Positions 18,237 through 28,424 of a DNA stretch of 64,000 bases are shown here, piece by piece (the first letter of the stretch is position 1; each line of letters starts with the position of its first letter). Source of the DNA: an uncultured bacterium (GTDB taxonomy: Bacteria; Acidobacteriota; Aminicenantia; Aminicenantales; UBA4085); assembly GCA_937868205.1 (NCBI GenBank), contig CALMMC010000049.1, positions 423-64,422 of the forward strand, written 5' to 3'. The notes under the pieces were generated by a model. That model worked only from the letters and a program-made list of their open reading frames with translations, ran no database searches and was not told where the DNA came from. A program made the translations under genes and the position numbers.

Positions 18237-19177
18237 TTCTTTTCCTTTTTGCTTCGAATAAGCATCATGGGATCCTCGGCCAGGGTCCGGGCGAGAGCGG
18301 AGAGGTTATCCACGGCCACCCCCAGGTTCTCGACCGTCCGGCGGAGGTCGGACTGCTGGATCATCAAGACGTTCTCGATCGTCTTGAGACTCGCGTTCGC
18401 TTCGGCGATGAACGACTCGAGGTTGGTCAGGACCTTGCCCATCTCCTCCTCGGAAAAGCGCTGATTGATGTTGTCGAGGATCGAGCCGCCCTTGGCGTCC
18501 AGAGTCCCCGTCAGGGCGGACAGATCCTCGGTGATCTTCCGGAGGTTCTCGGTGACCTCGCCGAACTCGAGGGAGGCTTTCTCGATATTGTCGATGGCCC
18601 CGGTCAAGTTCATCTCCTTGCTTTCGAGGACGCGGGAGACCACTTCGGTGCTCCGGTGCCAGGCGGTCAGAACCTGGTCGATCTTGGCCCGGTTCTCCGC
18701 GTTGAGGAGCTCGTTGACGCTTTTGATCGCTCCCTCGATGTTGGCCACGATGTCCTCGGCCCTCTCCCCCAAGCCGCGGGCCGGAGGGATCTCCCCGCCG
18801 GGCGCGAGAAGGGGGGAATCCGAACTCCCGCCGGAAAGCTCGATGAACTTCTGTCCGGTGATCCCCGTTATCGTCAACGTCGCCGTCATGTCCTGCTTCA
18901 CCGGGAACTCCCGGACGATGCCGATCTCGACAAGGATGGAGCTCAAGTCGTCGGGATTGACGCGGATTTCCCGGACCTTTCCGACATCCACTCCCTGATA
19001 CTTGACCGAAGCGCCGACGGAGAGGCCGTTGACCGATGCTCCCTTGATGTTGATCGTGTAGGGCAGGCCCTTATTCCGGAAAGCCGGGACAATGAGCATC
19101 CCGGCCAGAAAAAGAAGCAGCGCGACCGAGACGACCCAAAAGATCCCCAAGCGCGTTTTTTGTTCTTTAGTCAGCAT
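18233..19177 (-). CDS. mlaD: MlaD/Mce-family substrate-binding protein
   Basis: N-terminal TM followed by an Mce domain (…ASVKYQGVDVGKV…). A 4-nt overlap with the upstream gene indicates an operon. Confidence 0.8.
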   Translation of the reverse strand: MLTKEQKTRLGIFWVVSVALLLFLAGMLIVPAFRNKGLPYTINIKGASVNGLSVGASVKYQGVDVGKVREIRVNPDDLSSILVEIGIVREFPVKQDMTATLTITGITGQKFIELSGGSSDSPLLAPGGEIPPARGLGERAEDIVANIEGAIKSVNELLNAENRAKIDQVLTAWHRSTEVVSRVLESKEMNLTGAIDNIEKASLEFGEVTENLRKITEDLSALTGTLDAKGGSILDNINQRFSEEEMGKVLTNLESFIAEANASLKTIENVLMIQQSDLRRTVENLGVAVDNLSALARTLAEDPMMLIRSKKEKK

Positions 19178-19913
19178 GACGGTCCGTCCTCAGGAAGAAA
19201 GATCGCAGATATTCATCCTCCGACGCCTCCATCTCCGCCAACGTCCCGTCGAAATGGATCCCGTCGCCGCGGAGGAGGAGGATGCGGTCGGCGATCCGCC
19301 CGATCGACCGCAGCTCGTGCGTCACGGCGACGAACGTCACCCCGCGGGATCTCTGGAGCGAGCGGAGGAGGTCGTCCAGCCCCAAGGCGGTGAGAGGATC
19401 AAGACCGGCCGACGGCTCGTCGCAGAAGACGATCTCCGGCCCGAGGACCATCGACCGGGCGAGGGCTCCCCGCTTCCGCATTCCGCCCGAAAGCTCGAAC
19501 GGGTACTTGTGGTCGGCCCCGACCAAGCCGACCATCCCCAGGACCTCGCGGACGCGGTCGGCCTCGGCCGTCCAGGGGGTCTCGGGCCGGTGGATCCGGA
19601 TGGGCAGGGCGACATTCTCGTAGAGGGTCAAGGAATTCAGCAGGGCGTTGTTTTGGTAAAGGACGCCGATCCGCCGATACAGGGCGCCCAGGATGCGCTC
19701 GGAGTCATAGTCGATCCGCTCCTCCCCCCAGTAGACGTCGCCGCGAAGCGGCCGGGTCAGCCCGATCAGGGTTTTGAGAAGCGTCGATTTCCCCGATCCG
19801 CTCTCCCCGACGATCACCGTGATCCGGCCGGGAGGCAGGGTGAAATTCAGATTCCGGAGAATCGTCTCTCTTCCGTACCCGACGTCGAGGTCGACCGCCC
19901 GTATGTTTTCCAT
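19167..19913 (-). CDS. mlaF: ABC transporter ATP-binding protein MlaF-like
   Basis: Walker A GESGSGKST, ABC signature LSGGMRKR, Walker B FCDEP. Confidence 0.85.
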   Translation of the reverse strand: MENIRAVDLDVGYGRETILRNLNFTLPPGRITVIVGESGSGKSTLLKTLIGLTRPLRGDVYWGEERIDYDSERILGALYRRIGVLYQNNALLNSLTLYENVALPIRIHRPETPWTAEADRVREVLGMVGLVGADHKYPFELSGGMRKRGALARSMVLGPEIVFCDEPSAGLDPLTALGLDDLLRSLQRSRGVTFVAVTHELRSIGRIADRILLLRGDGIHFDGTLAEMEASEDEYLRSFFLRTDRHAD

Positions 19914-19919
19914 GATCTC

Positions 19920-20669
19920 TTAGTAGAGGATGAAGGCGAACACGCAATCGAGGCCGATGATCAGGGAAATGGCCAGGACGACCGACTCGGTCGTGGCCTT
20001 CCCCACGCCCTCGGCCCCCCGCTCGATGAAGAAGCCCTTGAATCCCGCCCCGACGACGACGGCCCAGCCGAAAACAAGGGTCTTGACGATTCCCACCAGG
20101 AAATCGCTCAAGGTCACAATGTCGAAGACCTTCCGGAGGAAGACGGCCGGAGGCGTGCCCAAGGCGACCTGGGCGACGAGGACGCCGCCGGCCACGCCGA
20201 CGGTATCGGCCATCGCCACCAGAAGCGGCACGACCAGGGTGATCGCGATCAGGCGCGGGGCCATCAGAAACTTCTCCGGAACGATGCCCATCGTCCGGAG
20301 GGCGTCGATCTCGTCCATGACCTTCATCGTCGAAATCTCGGCCGTGATGGATGCCCCGACCTTGCCCGCCAGCATGATCCCGGTCATGAGCGGGACAAGC
20401 TCCTTGATCATCGCCAGGCCGATAAGGTCGGCCAGGTAGATGTCCGCCCCGAAGAGCCGCAGTTGGGCGGCCGAGGTGAGCGAGATCGTGACGCCGACAA
20501 GAAACGTGATCAGGGCGACGATCGGAAAGGACTTGTAGCCCATGACATAGAACTGCTGAACCACCGATCCGGGCAAAACCCCCCGCCGGGATCCGAGGTA
20601 CTGGGCGGTATAGTGGAGCTCGTCGGCAAGGAGACTGAAAAAGCGCCTGAATTCCTCCTTCAGTCTCAT
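19920..20669 (-). CDS. mlaE: ABC transporter permease MlaE-like
   Basis: MlaE/YrbE family architecture. It is the first gene of the mlaEFD operon on the minus strand. Confidence 0.85.
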   Translation of the reverse strand: MRLKEEFRRFFSLLADELHYTAQYLGSRRGVLPGSVVQQFYVMGYKSFPIVALITFLVGVTISLTSAAQLRLFGADIYLADLIGLAMIKELVPLMTGIMLAGKVGASITAEISTMKVMDEIDALRTMGIVPEKFLMAPRLIAITLVVPLLVAMADTVGVAGGVLVAQVALGTPPAVFLRKVFDIVTLSDFLVGIVKTLVFGWAVVVGAGFKGFFIERGAEGVGKATTESVVLAISLIIGLDCVFAFILY

Positions 20670-20768
20670 GCCGTCTCCCGCATTGGAAGGTTTATTATAC
20701 CTTAAATTGACCGACCGGCGACGAGTCTGTTACATTGTCCTGGAAACGCCATCCTTCGGAGGTCCGCT

Positions 20769-22094
20769 ATGAAAAAAGCCGTCGCCGCGGGCGCCGTGAT
20801 TCTCTTCGCCGGCGCCGCCCTCCTCTCCGCCTCGTTCCGGAAGGAGGACATCAAAGTCCACCGGCTCGATAACGGGCTGAAGATCCTTCTCCTCGAGCAT
20901 CACACGATCCCCAACATCGCCCTGTACACGTATTACCGCGTCGGGTCGCGCAACGAGCGGCCCGGCCTGACCGGGGTCTCCCATTTCATCGAGCACATGA
21001 TGTTCAACGGCTCCCCCAAGGTCCCGCCGGGAGAGTTCGACCGGAGGATGGAATTCGCCGGCGGCTCGAACAACGCCTCGACCAGCCAGGACCGGACGGG
21101 ATACACCGATTGGATTCCCGCGGCCGCCTTGGAAGAGATGCTCGAGATGGAAGCCGACCGGATGCAGGACGCGACGTTCGATTCCGAGGTCCTCGAGTCG
21201 GAGCGCCAAGTCATCGCCTCCGAGCGGCGGATGGGCGTGGACAACGACAACGACGCCATTCTCTCTGAAAACGTCCAGGCGACGGCCATCATGGCCCATC
21301 CCTACCACTGGGACGTCATCGGCTGGATGAGCGACATCCAGGGCTGGCGGCGGGACGAAATCATCGCCTATTACAAGACCTATTACGCCCCCAACAACGC
21401 CGTCCTGATCCTCGTCGGCGACTTCGCCGAGGCCCGGGCCCTCGAGCTGATCCGGAAATACTTCGGACCGATCCCGTCCGGCCCGACGCCGCCGGCCGTC
21501 GTCACCGTCGAGCCGCCGCAGATGGGCCCCAAGCGCGTGTTCATCCAACGCGACGCCCAGGTCCCCTCCTTCCAGGCCGTTTGGCACGCCCCGGCCGTCC
21601 ATGATCCCGGATCCATTCCCATGGACATCCTGGGCCGGGTTCTCCTCCGCGGTGAAAGCAGCCGCCTCTACCGGCGCCTGGTCCGGCAGGAGCAGCTGGC
21701 GAGCAGCGTTTTCGGCGGGGCGAGCCGGACCATCGACCCCTATCTCTTCGCCGTGCACGTCAAGCCCAAGCCGGGCGCCGACTTGGCCCGGATCGAGGCG
21801 GTGATCGAGGAAGAGCTGGCCAAGATCAAGAAGGAAGGCCTGGCCGATTCCGAGATCCAAAAGGTTCTGAACGCCGTCCGGAGCGATTTTTACCGGAGCC
21901 TCCAGACCATCGCCGGCAAGGCTTACCAGCTGGCCGAGACCGAAACAGCCTACGGCGGATTCGAGAGAATGTTCACCCTGATGGACGATTACGCGGCCGT
22001 CACCAACGCCAAGATCATCGAGGCCGCCAATCAATACTTCACCGACGACAACAAGACCGTTGGAACGCTCGTTCCCGAAGGAGGCCGGAAATGA
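20769..22094 (+). CDS. M16-family zinc peptidase (pitrilysin-like), catalytic subunit, with signal peptide
   Basis: Inverted zinc-binding motif HFIEHMMFNGS (HxxEH). Confidence 0.85.
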   Translation: MKKAVAAGAVILFAGAALLSASFRKEDIKVHRLDNGLKILLLEHHTIPNIALYTYYRVGSRNERPGLTGVSHFIEHMMFNGSPKVPPGEFDRRMEFAGGSNNASTSQDRTGYTDWIPAAALEEMLEMEADRMQDATFDSEVLESERQVIASERRMGVDNDNDAILSENVQATAIMAHPYHWDVIGWMSDIQGWRRDEIIAYYKTYYAPNNAVLILVGDFAEARALELIRKYFGPIPSGPTPPAVVTVEPPQMGPKRVFIQRDAQVPSFQAVWHAPAVHDPGSIPMDILGRVLLRGESSRLYRRLVRQEQLASSVFGGASRTIDPYLFAVHVKPKPGADLARIEAVIEEELAKIKKEGLADSEIQKVLNAVRSDFYRSLQTIAGKAYQLAETETAYGGFERMFTLMDDYAAVTNAKIIEAANQYFTDDNKTVGTLVPEGGRK

Positions 22095-23479
22095 AATCCC
22101 GGATGAGCCTTCTCTGCCTTTCGGCCGCGGTTTTCCTGGCCGCCTCGGCGGCCGGAGCGGCCTTCAAGCTGCCCGTCCCGGAAAAGCTCACCTTGAAGAA
22201 CGGGATCGTCGTCTATTACCTGAAGACGGCCGAAGTCCCCATGGTCAGCTTCCGCCTTTATCTCAAGGGCGCCGGCTCCGCCCAGGAGCCCTCCGCCTTC
22301 GAAGGCATCGCCGGGATGACGGCCGACCAGATCATGAAGGGAACCCCGGCCATGGGCGCTGAAGCCGTGGCCGAAGCCCTCGATTTCCTCGGCGCCCGGG
22401 CCGGAGTTTCGGCGGCCGATGAATACGCCTCCCTCAGCGCCGAGTGCCTGTCGGAGCATTTTCCCAGAGTCCTGGACATCGCCGCGGCCTGCCTGAAGGA
22501 ACCGGCGTTCCTGGAGGACGAGTTCAAAAAAGCCCGCGACATCCGGCTGAACGAGCTGAAAAGCAGCAAGGACAACCCGGGCCGGGCCGTCCGGTATTAT
22601 TTCCTCAAAGCCTATTTCGGAACGCATCCGCTCGGTCATTTCCCCTCGGGGACGGACGAATCCCTGGTCAAGATGACCGCGGCCGACGTCCGGGATTATT
22701 ACCGGACGTATTACGGGCCCAAGGGAGCGATCGGGGCCCTGGTCGGCGATATCGAAAAGAAGCAGGCCCTCGTCCTTCTCAACGCCGCCCTCGGCGGCTG
22801 GAAGGGAGCTGACGTCCCGGTCACGGCGACCCCTCCCCTCCCCGAGCCGCGCGGGGCGAAGCTTCTTCTCGTCGACAAGCCCGACGCCACCCAGGCTTAC
22901 TGGATCCTGGGCGCTCCCGGCCACGCCCTGGGGGACAAGATCACTCCGCAGGCGGCGGTCATGAACACGCTCTTCGGCGGCCGCTTCACCTCTTGGCTTT
23001 CCACCGAAATGCGGATCAAGCGCGGCTTGACCTATGGGGCGAACAGCAGCCTCCAACCCTACCGGATCGGCGGCTTGTTCCAAGCCGCGTCGTATACCCG
23101 GAACGAAAAAATCGGCGAGATGCTCGACCTTCTCTTCGACCTGCTCCGGAAAGCCGGCCGGGACGGATTCACGCCCGCGGAGGTCGAAAGCTCGCGCAAT
23201 TATATCCAGGGGCAATTCCCGCCGACCCTCGAGACGAACGGCGCCAAGGCCAACGCGTACGTCCAACTGGCTTATTTCAACCTCGGGTTCGATTACTACG
23301 ACCGGTATTTGGCCGGCGTCAAGACGACGAGCCCGGAGGCGGCCAAGGCGGCGGCGGCCCGGCTGATTCCAGCGGACGATTACGTCCTGGTCGTCGTCGG
23401 CAAGGCCGACGAGATCCGGGACCAGTTGAAAAAATTCGGGGCCTGGACGGAAAAGAAGATCTCCGATCCCGGATTCTGA
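22091..23479 (+). CDS. M16-family peptidase, non-catalytic partner subunit
   Basis: M16 fold but no HxxEH motif. A 4-nt overlap with the upstream M16 gene suggests a heterodimer pair. Confidence 0.8.
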   Translation: MKSRMSLLCLSAAVFLAASAAGAAFKLPVPEKLTLKNGIVVYYLKTAEVPMVSFRLYLKGAGSAQEPSAFEGIAGMTADQIMKGTPAMGAEAVAEALDFLGARAGVSAADEYASLSAECLSEHFPRVLDIAAACLKEPAFLEDEFKKARDIRLNELKSSKDNPGRAVRYYFLKAYFGTHPLGHFPSGTDESLVKMTAADVRDYYRTYYGPKGAIGALVGDIEKKQALVLLNAALGGWKGADVPVTATPPLPEPRGAKLLLVDKPDATQAYWILGAPGHALGDKITPQAAVMNTLFGGRFTSWLSTEMRIKRGLTYGANSSLQPYRIGGLFQAASYTRNEKIGEMLDLLFDLLRKAGRDGFTPAEVESSRNYIQGQFPPTLETNGAKANAYVQLAYFNLGFDYYDRYLAGVKTTSPEAAKAAAARLIPADDYVLVVVGKADEIRDQLKKFGAWTEKKISDPGF

Positions 23480-23486
23480 GCCTCTA

Positions 23487-23590
23487 AGGAGACGCCATAC
23501 GGATTCCCCTCATTTTCCGGATCGTTCTCCCGGGTTTCGGAAGAAACAAAAAGAGGTTCAAAGGTATTGTGTCTCCTCAATTCTTGCTTT
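23487..23590 (+). repeat. Copy 1 of a roughly 100-nt intergenic element (ggagacRccatac…ttttccgga…aggtattgtgtctcc), forming the 5' leader of the OMP gene
   Basis: Near-identical blocks recur at 24342-24448 and 24523-24578. The terminal inverted repeat ggagac/gtctcc encloses the element. Confidence 0.7.
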
Positions 23591-23625
23591 TCGGGGAGCG
23601 GCCCCGGGGATAAACAGGTGAACAA

Positions 23626-24327
23626 ATGACGCGCGCCATGAAAACACTCTCCTCCGCCTTGATCTTAACGTTCGTCCTCGCCGCCGCGGCCGGAGCCGCG
23701 CCGCCCGAATTCCAATTCGGACTGGCCTTCAATCCCGCCCTTCCGCAGGGCGGATTCCATGACGTCCTCGGACGGACGATCTGGGGCGGCTCGTTCCAGT
23801 TTGCCTTCCGGCCCTCGGGCAGTCCGGTTCTCCTCGGAACATCGCTGGGCTTTGGAATCTACGGCTTCGATTCCTGGCAGGATTGGCCGGGGATCCTCGA
23901 TCCCGACGTGCTCGTCGACATCCGGACGACCAACGCCGTCCTGGCCTGGAACGTGTTCCTTCGTCTCCAGCCGGCGCGCGGCCTCATTCGACCCTACCTC
24001 GACGTCTTCGCCGGGCTGCATCTTCTGACCACGGATACGCGGATCGGAGACGGGGACGACGACGGCTCCGGCGGCTTCAGCGTCAATAACGCCGCGGACA
24101 CGGCCTTCGCCTGCGGCGCCGGCGCGGGCGTCATGCTTCCGGTCGTCCGTTTTGTTCACCGGGACGGCCGTCCGGCCGCGGCCATCAACCTGGATCTCGG
24201 AGCCCGTTATGCCTTCGGCGGCCGGGCGGATTACTTGGTCAAAACGGACCGCCACGGCGTTTTCGACGAGCGGACGTCGCGCACCGACCTGCTCATCCTC
24301 AACGCCGGGCTGTCCTTCTGCTTCTGA
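23626..24327 (+). CDS. Outer-membrane beta-barrel protein (OmpW/OmpA-like porin family), signal peptide
   Basis: Signal peptide, alternating amphipathic beta-strands, C-terminal aromatic residue (…LSFCF). Confidence 0.55.
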   Translation: MTRAMKTLSSALILTFVLAAAAGAAPPEFQFGLAFNPALPQGGFHDVLGRTIWGGSFQFAFRPSGSPVLLGTSLGFGIYGFDSWQDWPGILDPDVLVDIRTTNAVLAWNVFLRLQPARGLIRPYLDVFAGLHLLTTDTRIGDGDDDGSGGFSVNNAADTAFACGAGAGVMLPVVRFVHRDGRPAAAINLDLGARYAFGGRADYLVKTDRHGVFDERTSRTDLLILNAGLSFCF

Positions 24328-24341
24328 CCCGCGGCTGTTCA

Positions 24342-24578
24342 AAAGGGAGACACCATACCCATCCCCCCGATTTTCCGGAACGTTCCCCCGAGTTTCAGAA
24401 AAAAGAAAAATGGAGTTCACAAGGATTGTCTTTCCGAATTTCTTCAGAGGCTTGTTTTTCATCTGATCTCCGCGTTTCCTCCTCGCCCGGAACGGCAAGG
24501 ATTCGATGGCCTTGACATCGGAGGAACCGGAAGAGGCGAAATTGGATTCATAGGTATTGTGTCTCCCAATTTCTTCCG
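24342..24578 (+). repeat. Copy 2 (24342-24448) and partial copy 3 (24523-24578) of the same leader element, upstream of the C69 peptidase gene
   Basis: gggagacaccatacccatccccccgattttccggaacgttcc… and …cataggtattgtgtctcccaatttcttcc. Confidence 0.7.
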
Positions 24579-24603
24579 TTATAGTATCCGTCCGGAGGAA
24601 TCC

Positions 24604-26388
24604 ATGAAATACAAACCCGCCCTTTTCGCCGTTTTGACCGCCGTCCTCTTGACGCTCGGCGGAGCGATGGGACACGGAGTGCAGGCCCGGGCCGCGAATC
24701 CGGATGATCCGGCCGGCTGCCCGACCTGCCTGGACTTCAATCCCCGTCTCGAAGCCTGTACCGTCATTCTGGTCGGCAAGAACGCCTCGACCGACGGGTC
24801 GGTTATGACGACCCACACCTGCGACTGCGGCCTGTGCGACTGGACCTTCCGCCGCGTTCCGGCCAAGGACCACCAGCCGGGCGAAATGCGCCGGATTTTC
24901 TACTCCGATCAGTTCGGGACCTGGCCGCCCGACCTCGGCCTCAAGTGGGACCGCGTCCCCGTGGACGGCTTCACCGGCCTGGAAATTCCCGAAGTCCCCC
25001 ATACGTACGGCTACATCCTGGGCGCCTTCGGCTACATGAACGACAAGCAGGTCTCCATCGGCGAGTCGACCATCGGGAACGTGGAGAAGCTGGAGAACAA
25101 CACCCCGGCCCCGAAATTCGACATCACCATGCTGACCATCATGGCCATGGAGCGCGGCGGGACCGCCCGCGAGGCCATCCAGGTCATGGGCTCGCTGGCC
25201 GAGAAATACGGCTACGGGCATACCGACTCCGGTGAAATGCTGGCCGTGGCCGATCCCAACGAAGTCTGGCTCTTCGAAATCTTCCCTGTCGGCGCCCTGT
25301 GGACGCCGGCCAGCGGCAAACCCGGCGCGGTCTGGTGCGCCCAGCGCGTCCCCGACGACCACGTTTCGGTCTGCCCCAACGAGTCCCGGATCGGCGAGAT
25401 CGACCTGAACAACAAGGATTACTTCATGGCCTCGCCGAACGTCATCCAGCTGGCGATCGACCAGAAGCTTTTCGATCCCAAGAGCGGCAAGCCTTTCAAC
25501 TGGAAAAAGGCTTACTCCCCCAACGACGTCAGCGCCGCCTCGACCGCCGGAGCCCGCGTCCGGCTGTGGCGGTTCTTCAACCTCGTCGCTCCTTCCCTCA
25601 ACCTCGGCCCCGAGACCAACAACATGGACTTCCCCTTCTCGGTCAAGCCCGAGAAGAAGCTTTCCGTCCAGGACGTCATGAACATGACCCGGGACAAGTG
25701 CGAAGGCACGGTCTTCGACCCGGCCCGCGGCCTGCAGGGCGGACCCTTCTCCAACCCGAATTTCCTCCCCTACGGCTTCAAGCTGGACGACAAGGCTTAC
25801 AACACGCCGCGGATCATCGGCGTCAACCGGGCCGAGTACGTGACCGTGACCCAGGCCCGGAAAGGCTTGCCCGACCCGATCGGCGGAATCGTCTGGCTGG
25901 CCATGGGCTTCCAGGATACCTCCTGCTTCATGCCCCTTTACAACGGCATCACCGAGATTCCCCGCGGGCTCCAGATCGGCGATCATTTCGAGTTCAGCCG
26001 CGAGGCGACCCGCTGGGCCTTTGATTACGTGGACTTCCACACCCAGGTCGTGTACTCCCACGCCATCCAGGACGTCCGGGCCGCCCAGCAGAAGTACGAG
26101 GCGCCGGCCGTCGTCCGGACCCCCATGGTCGATAAGTACGCCCTGGAGCTCTACCAGAAAGACCCGGCCGCGGCCGCCCAATACCTGACCGATTACTGCC
26201 TGAACAACATCGCCGCCGTGACCGACGCTTGGTGGAAGCTGGGCGATATGCTCATGGTCAAATACAACAAGCTCTGGATCTACGACGTGAAGGCCCGGAA
26301 GCGCGCTCCCTTGCTCTTCCCCGACTGGTATCTCCGCCTTCTGGTCGAGCAGAACAAGCTCACCCCGAAGGAGACCGACGAACACTGA
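24604..26388 (+). CDS. C69-family dipeptidase (secreted), Cys-nucleophile Ntn-hydrolase
   Basis: Signal peptide, then CTVILVGKNASTDGS, typical of peptidase C69. The start is chosen at MKYKPALF. Confidence 0.75.
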   Translation: MKYKPALFAVLTAVLLTLGGAMGHGVQARAANPDDPAGCPTCLDFNPRLEACTVILVGKNASTDGSVMTTHTCDCGLCDWTFRRVPAKDHQPGEMRRIFYSDQFGTWPPDLGLKWDRVPVDGFTGLEIPEVPHTYGYILGAFGYMNDKQVSIGESTIGNVEKLENNTPAPKFDITMLTIMAMERGGTAREAIQVMGSLAEKYGYGHTDSGEMLAVADPNEVWLFEIFPVGALWTPASGKPGAVWCAQRVPDDHVSVCPNESRIGEIDLNNKDYFMASPNVIQLAIDQKLFDPKSGKPFNWKKAYSPNDVSAASTAGARVRLWRFFNLVAPSLNLGPETNNMDFPFSVKPEKKLSVQDVMNMTRDKCEGTVFDPARGLQGGPFSNPNFLPYGFKLDDKAYNTPRIIGVNRAEYVTVTQARKGLPDPIGGIVWLAMGFQDTSCFMPLYNGITEIPRGLQIGDHFEFSREATRWAFDYVDFHTQVVYSHAIQDVRAAQQKYEAPAVVRTPMVDKYALELYQKDPAAAAQYLTDYCLNNIAAVTDAWWKLGDMLMVKYNKLWIYDVKARKRAPLLFPDWYLRLLVEQNKLTPKETDEH

Positions 26389-26416
26389 TCCCGGCGGAGA
26401 TCCGAAGATTTCCGAT

Positions 26417-26451
26417 CCCCGCCCTCCATTCGGAGGGCGGGGATTTTTTTT
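26417..26451 (+). terminator. Rho-independent terminator
   Basis: ccccgccctcc-attc-ggagggcgggg followed by an 8-T run. Confidence 0.8.
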
Positions 26452-26463
26452 AGGAGGGCGTCC

Positions 26464-27102
26464 ATGAGAGGACGATGGATGCAGGCGGCGGCCTGGCTTC
26501 TTCTATCAGCCGCCGGAGCGGCCCAAACCCCGCCGGCGTCCTCCGCGCCTCCCGGCCCGCTCGAGCGGCCGGTCCTGTTGATCATCGATGTCCAGAACTT
26601 CTATTTCGAGGGCGGAACGCTCCCCCTGGCCGGAAGCGTCAAGGCCTCGCTTCAAGCAAAGACGCTTTTAGAGTCGTTCCGGGCGAAAAACCTCCCGGTG
26701 ATCCATGTCGCCCATATGCCCAAGGAAAAACCGGCCGCCCCCGACCCGCTGTACTCTTTCCATCCCAACGTCGCCCCGCGGCCCGGCGAGGCTGTCGTCA
26801 TCAAACACTACGCCGACGCCTTCCGGGAAACGGATCTCCTGGACCGTCTCCGGGCGCTGCGGGCCGAAACCCTCGTCATCTGCGGGATGCAGACGCACAT
26901 GTGCGTCGAAGCCGCCGTCCGGCATGCCGCCGACACCGGCTTCCGGGTCGTCCTGGCCGAGGATGCCTGCGCGACGCGCGACTTGAAATACAAGCGCACG
27001 ACGGTCCCGGCCGCCTCGGTCCAGGCGGCCGTCCTGGCGGCCCTGAACGGCACGTACGCGAAAATCGCCGCGGCCGCCGAGATCGCGGCCGCCCTCAAGT
27101 GA
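26464..27102 (+). CDS. Isochorismatase-family cysteine hydrolase, secreted
   Basis: LLIIDVQN…, the Asp-Lys-Cys triad context (…VICGMQTHMCVE…), and a signal peptide. Confidence 0.8.
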   Translation: MRGRWMQAAAWLLLSAAGAAQTPPASSAPPGPLERPVLLIIDVQNFYFEGGTLPLAGSVKASLQAKTLLESFRAKNLPVIHVAHMPKEKPAAPDPLYSFHPNVAPRPGEAVVIKHYADAFRETDLLDRLRALRAETLVICGMQTHMCVEAAVRHAADTGFRVVLAEDACATRDLKYKRTTVPAASVQAAVLAALNGTYAKIAAAAEIAAALK

Positions 27103-27106
27103 CCGG

Positions 27107-28357
27107 ATGAAGCCCCCGGCGAAGCTTTTCGGCTGGCTGCGCGACGCCCCGCCCGCCTCGCGCCGGTCGCTGCTGGCCGCCTCGCTGGGGTGGATGCTCG
27201 ATTCCTTCGATGTCATGCTCTACTCCATGGTCCTGGCTTACTTGATGAAGGACCTGGGCATGAGCAAGGCCACGGCCGGATTGATGGGCTCGATCACCCT
27301 GGTCGCCTCGGCCGCCGGCGGGGTGATTTTCGGCCTCGTGGCCGACCGGATGGGCCGGACGCTCGCCCTCCGGGCTAGCATCTTGATCTACTCCATTTTC
27401 ACCGCGGCCTGCGGCCTGGCCTCGTCCGTTCCGATGCTGGCCGTTTTCCGGGTGTTTCTCGGCCTGGGCATGGGCGGGGAATGGGCCAGCGGGGCGGCTC
27501 TCGTTTCCGAAACCTGGCCGGCCGAGCACCGGGGGAAAGCCCTCGGCGTCATGCAGAGCTCCTGGGCCGTCGGCTACGCCCTGGCCGCGCTGGTCACGGC
27601 CGTCATCTACCCTTGGCTCGGCTGGCGGGCCGTCTTTTTCTTCGGGGTTCTCCCGGCCCTCCTGGTGTTCTGGATTCAGACGAAGGTCGAAGAGCCGGCC
27701 ATCTGGGTGGAGCACCGGGAGCGGGAAGCGAAGGCCGAGACCGCGCGGCCGTCCATCCGCTCCATCATCCGGGGCCGCCTCCTGGGAACGACCGTCCTGA
27801 TCACGATCATGAACGCGGCCACTCTGTTCGGCTGGTGGGGGCTCAACCTCTGGATCCCCGGCTACCTCTCTCTTTCCCGGGACCAGGGCGGAATCGGCCT
27901 GTCTCCCCGGCACATGTCGTCCCTGGTCATCTTCATGCAGGCCGGGATGTTCCTGGGCTACCTGACGTACGGGTACATCAGCGACCGGCTCGGGCGGAAG
28001 CGGACGTACATCGCCTTCCTCCTCTGCGCCGCCGTCCTCATCATCGCCTACTCGGGGGTTCGGACGCCGACAGCCCTGTTGTTCCTGGGCCCCTTCGTGG
28101 CCTTCTTCGGGACGGGCTACTTTTCCGGATTCGGCGCCCTTTCGGCCGAGCTCTACCCGACGTCCATCCGGGCGACGCTCCAGGGATTCACTTACAATAT
28201 CGGCCGAGTCGTCTCGGCCGTGGCCCCCTTGGTCATCGGCTCGCTGGCCCAGACGAAGGGCTTCGGAACGGCCTTCCTGCTGGTCGCCGCGGCCTTCCTC
28301 TTCGCCGCGGCCATGTGGATCTGGATTCCCGAAACGCGCGGCCGGGCGCTGGCTTAG
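27107..28357 (+). CDS. MFS transporter
   Basis: 12-TM architecture with a GxxxDRxGRR-like motif (GLVADRMGRT). Confidence 0.85.
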   Translation: MKPPAKLFGWLRDAPPASRRSLLAASLGWMLDSFDVMLYSMVLAYLMKDLGMSKATAGLMGSITLVASAAGGVIFGLVADRMGRTLALRASILIYSIFTAACGLASSVPMLAVFRVFLGLGMGGEWASGAALVSETWPAEHRGKALGVMQSSWAVGYALAALVTAVIYPWLGWRAVFFFGVLPALLVFWIQTKVEEPAIWVEHREREAKAETARPSIRSIIRGRLLGTTVLITIMNAATLFGWWGLNLWIPGYLSLSRDQGGIGLSPRHMSSLVIFMQAGMFLGYLTYGYISDRLGRKRTYIAFLLCAAVLIIAYSGVRTPTALLFLGPFVAFFGTGYFSGFGALSAELYPTSIRATLQGFTYNIGRVVSAVAPLVIGSLAQTKGFGTAFLLVAAAFLFAAAMWIWIPETRGRALA

Positions 28358-28424
28358 GCCGCCCTTTTTGTGCGTTCTAATTCGTTCTCCTCAACCAAGA
28401 AAAGAGGACCGGCGATGGAAAACC

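Noticed and set aside
23665-26385. Very long reverse-strand ORF (906 aa) and similar long ORFs at 53915-55873 (-), 55981-58023 (+), 60423-62762 (+), 14586-16253 (-), 18221-19393 (+), 19092-20705 (+), 20730-22034 (-) and 22031-23266 (-)
   Set aside because: These are shadow ORFs of high-GC DNA. Their translations are R/G/P/D-rich and low-complexity with no motifs, and each overlaps a confidently assigned gene on the other strand or frame (C69 peptidase, glycosyltransferase, S9 peptidase, tricorn, CDF, the Mla genes, the M16 peptidases).
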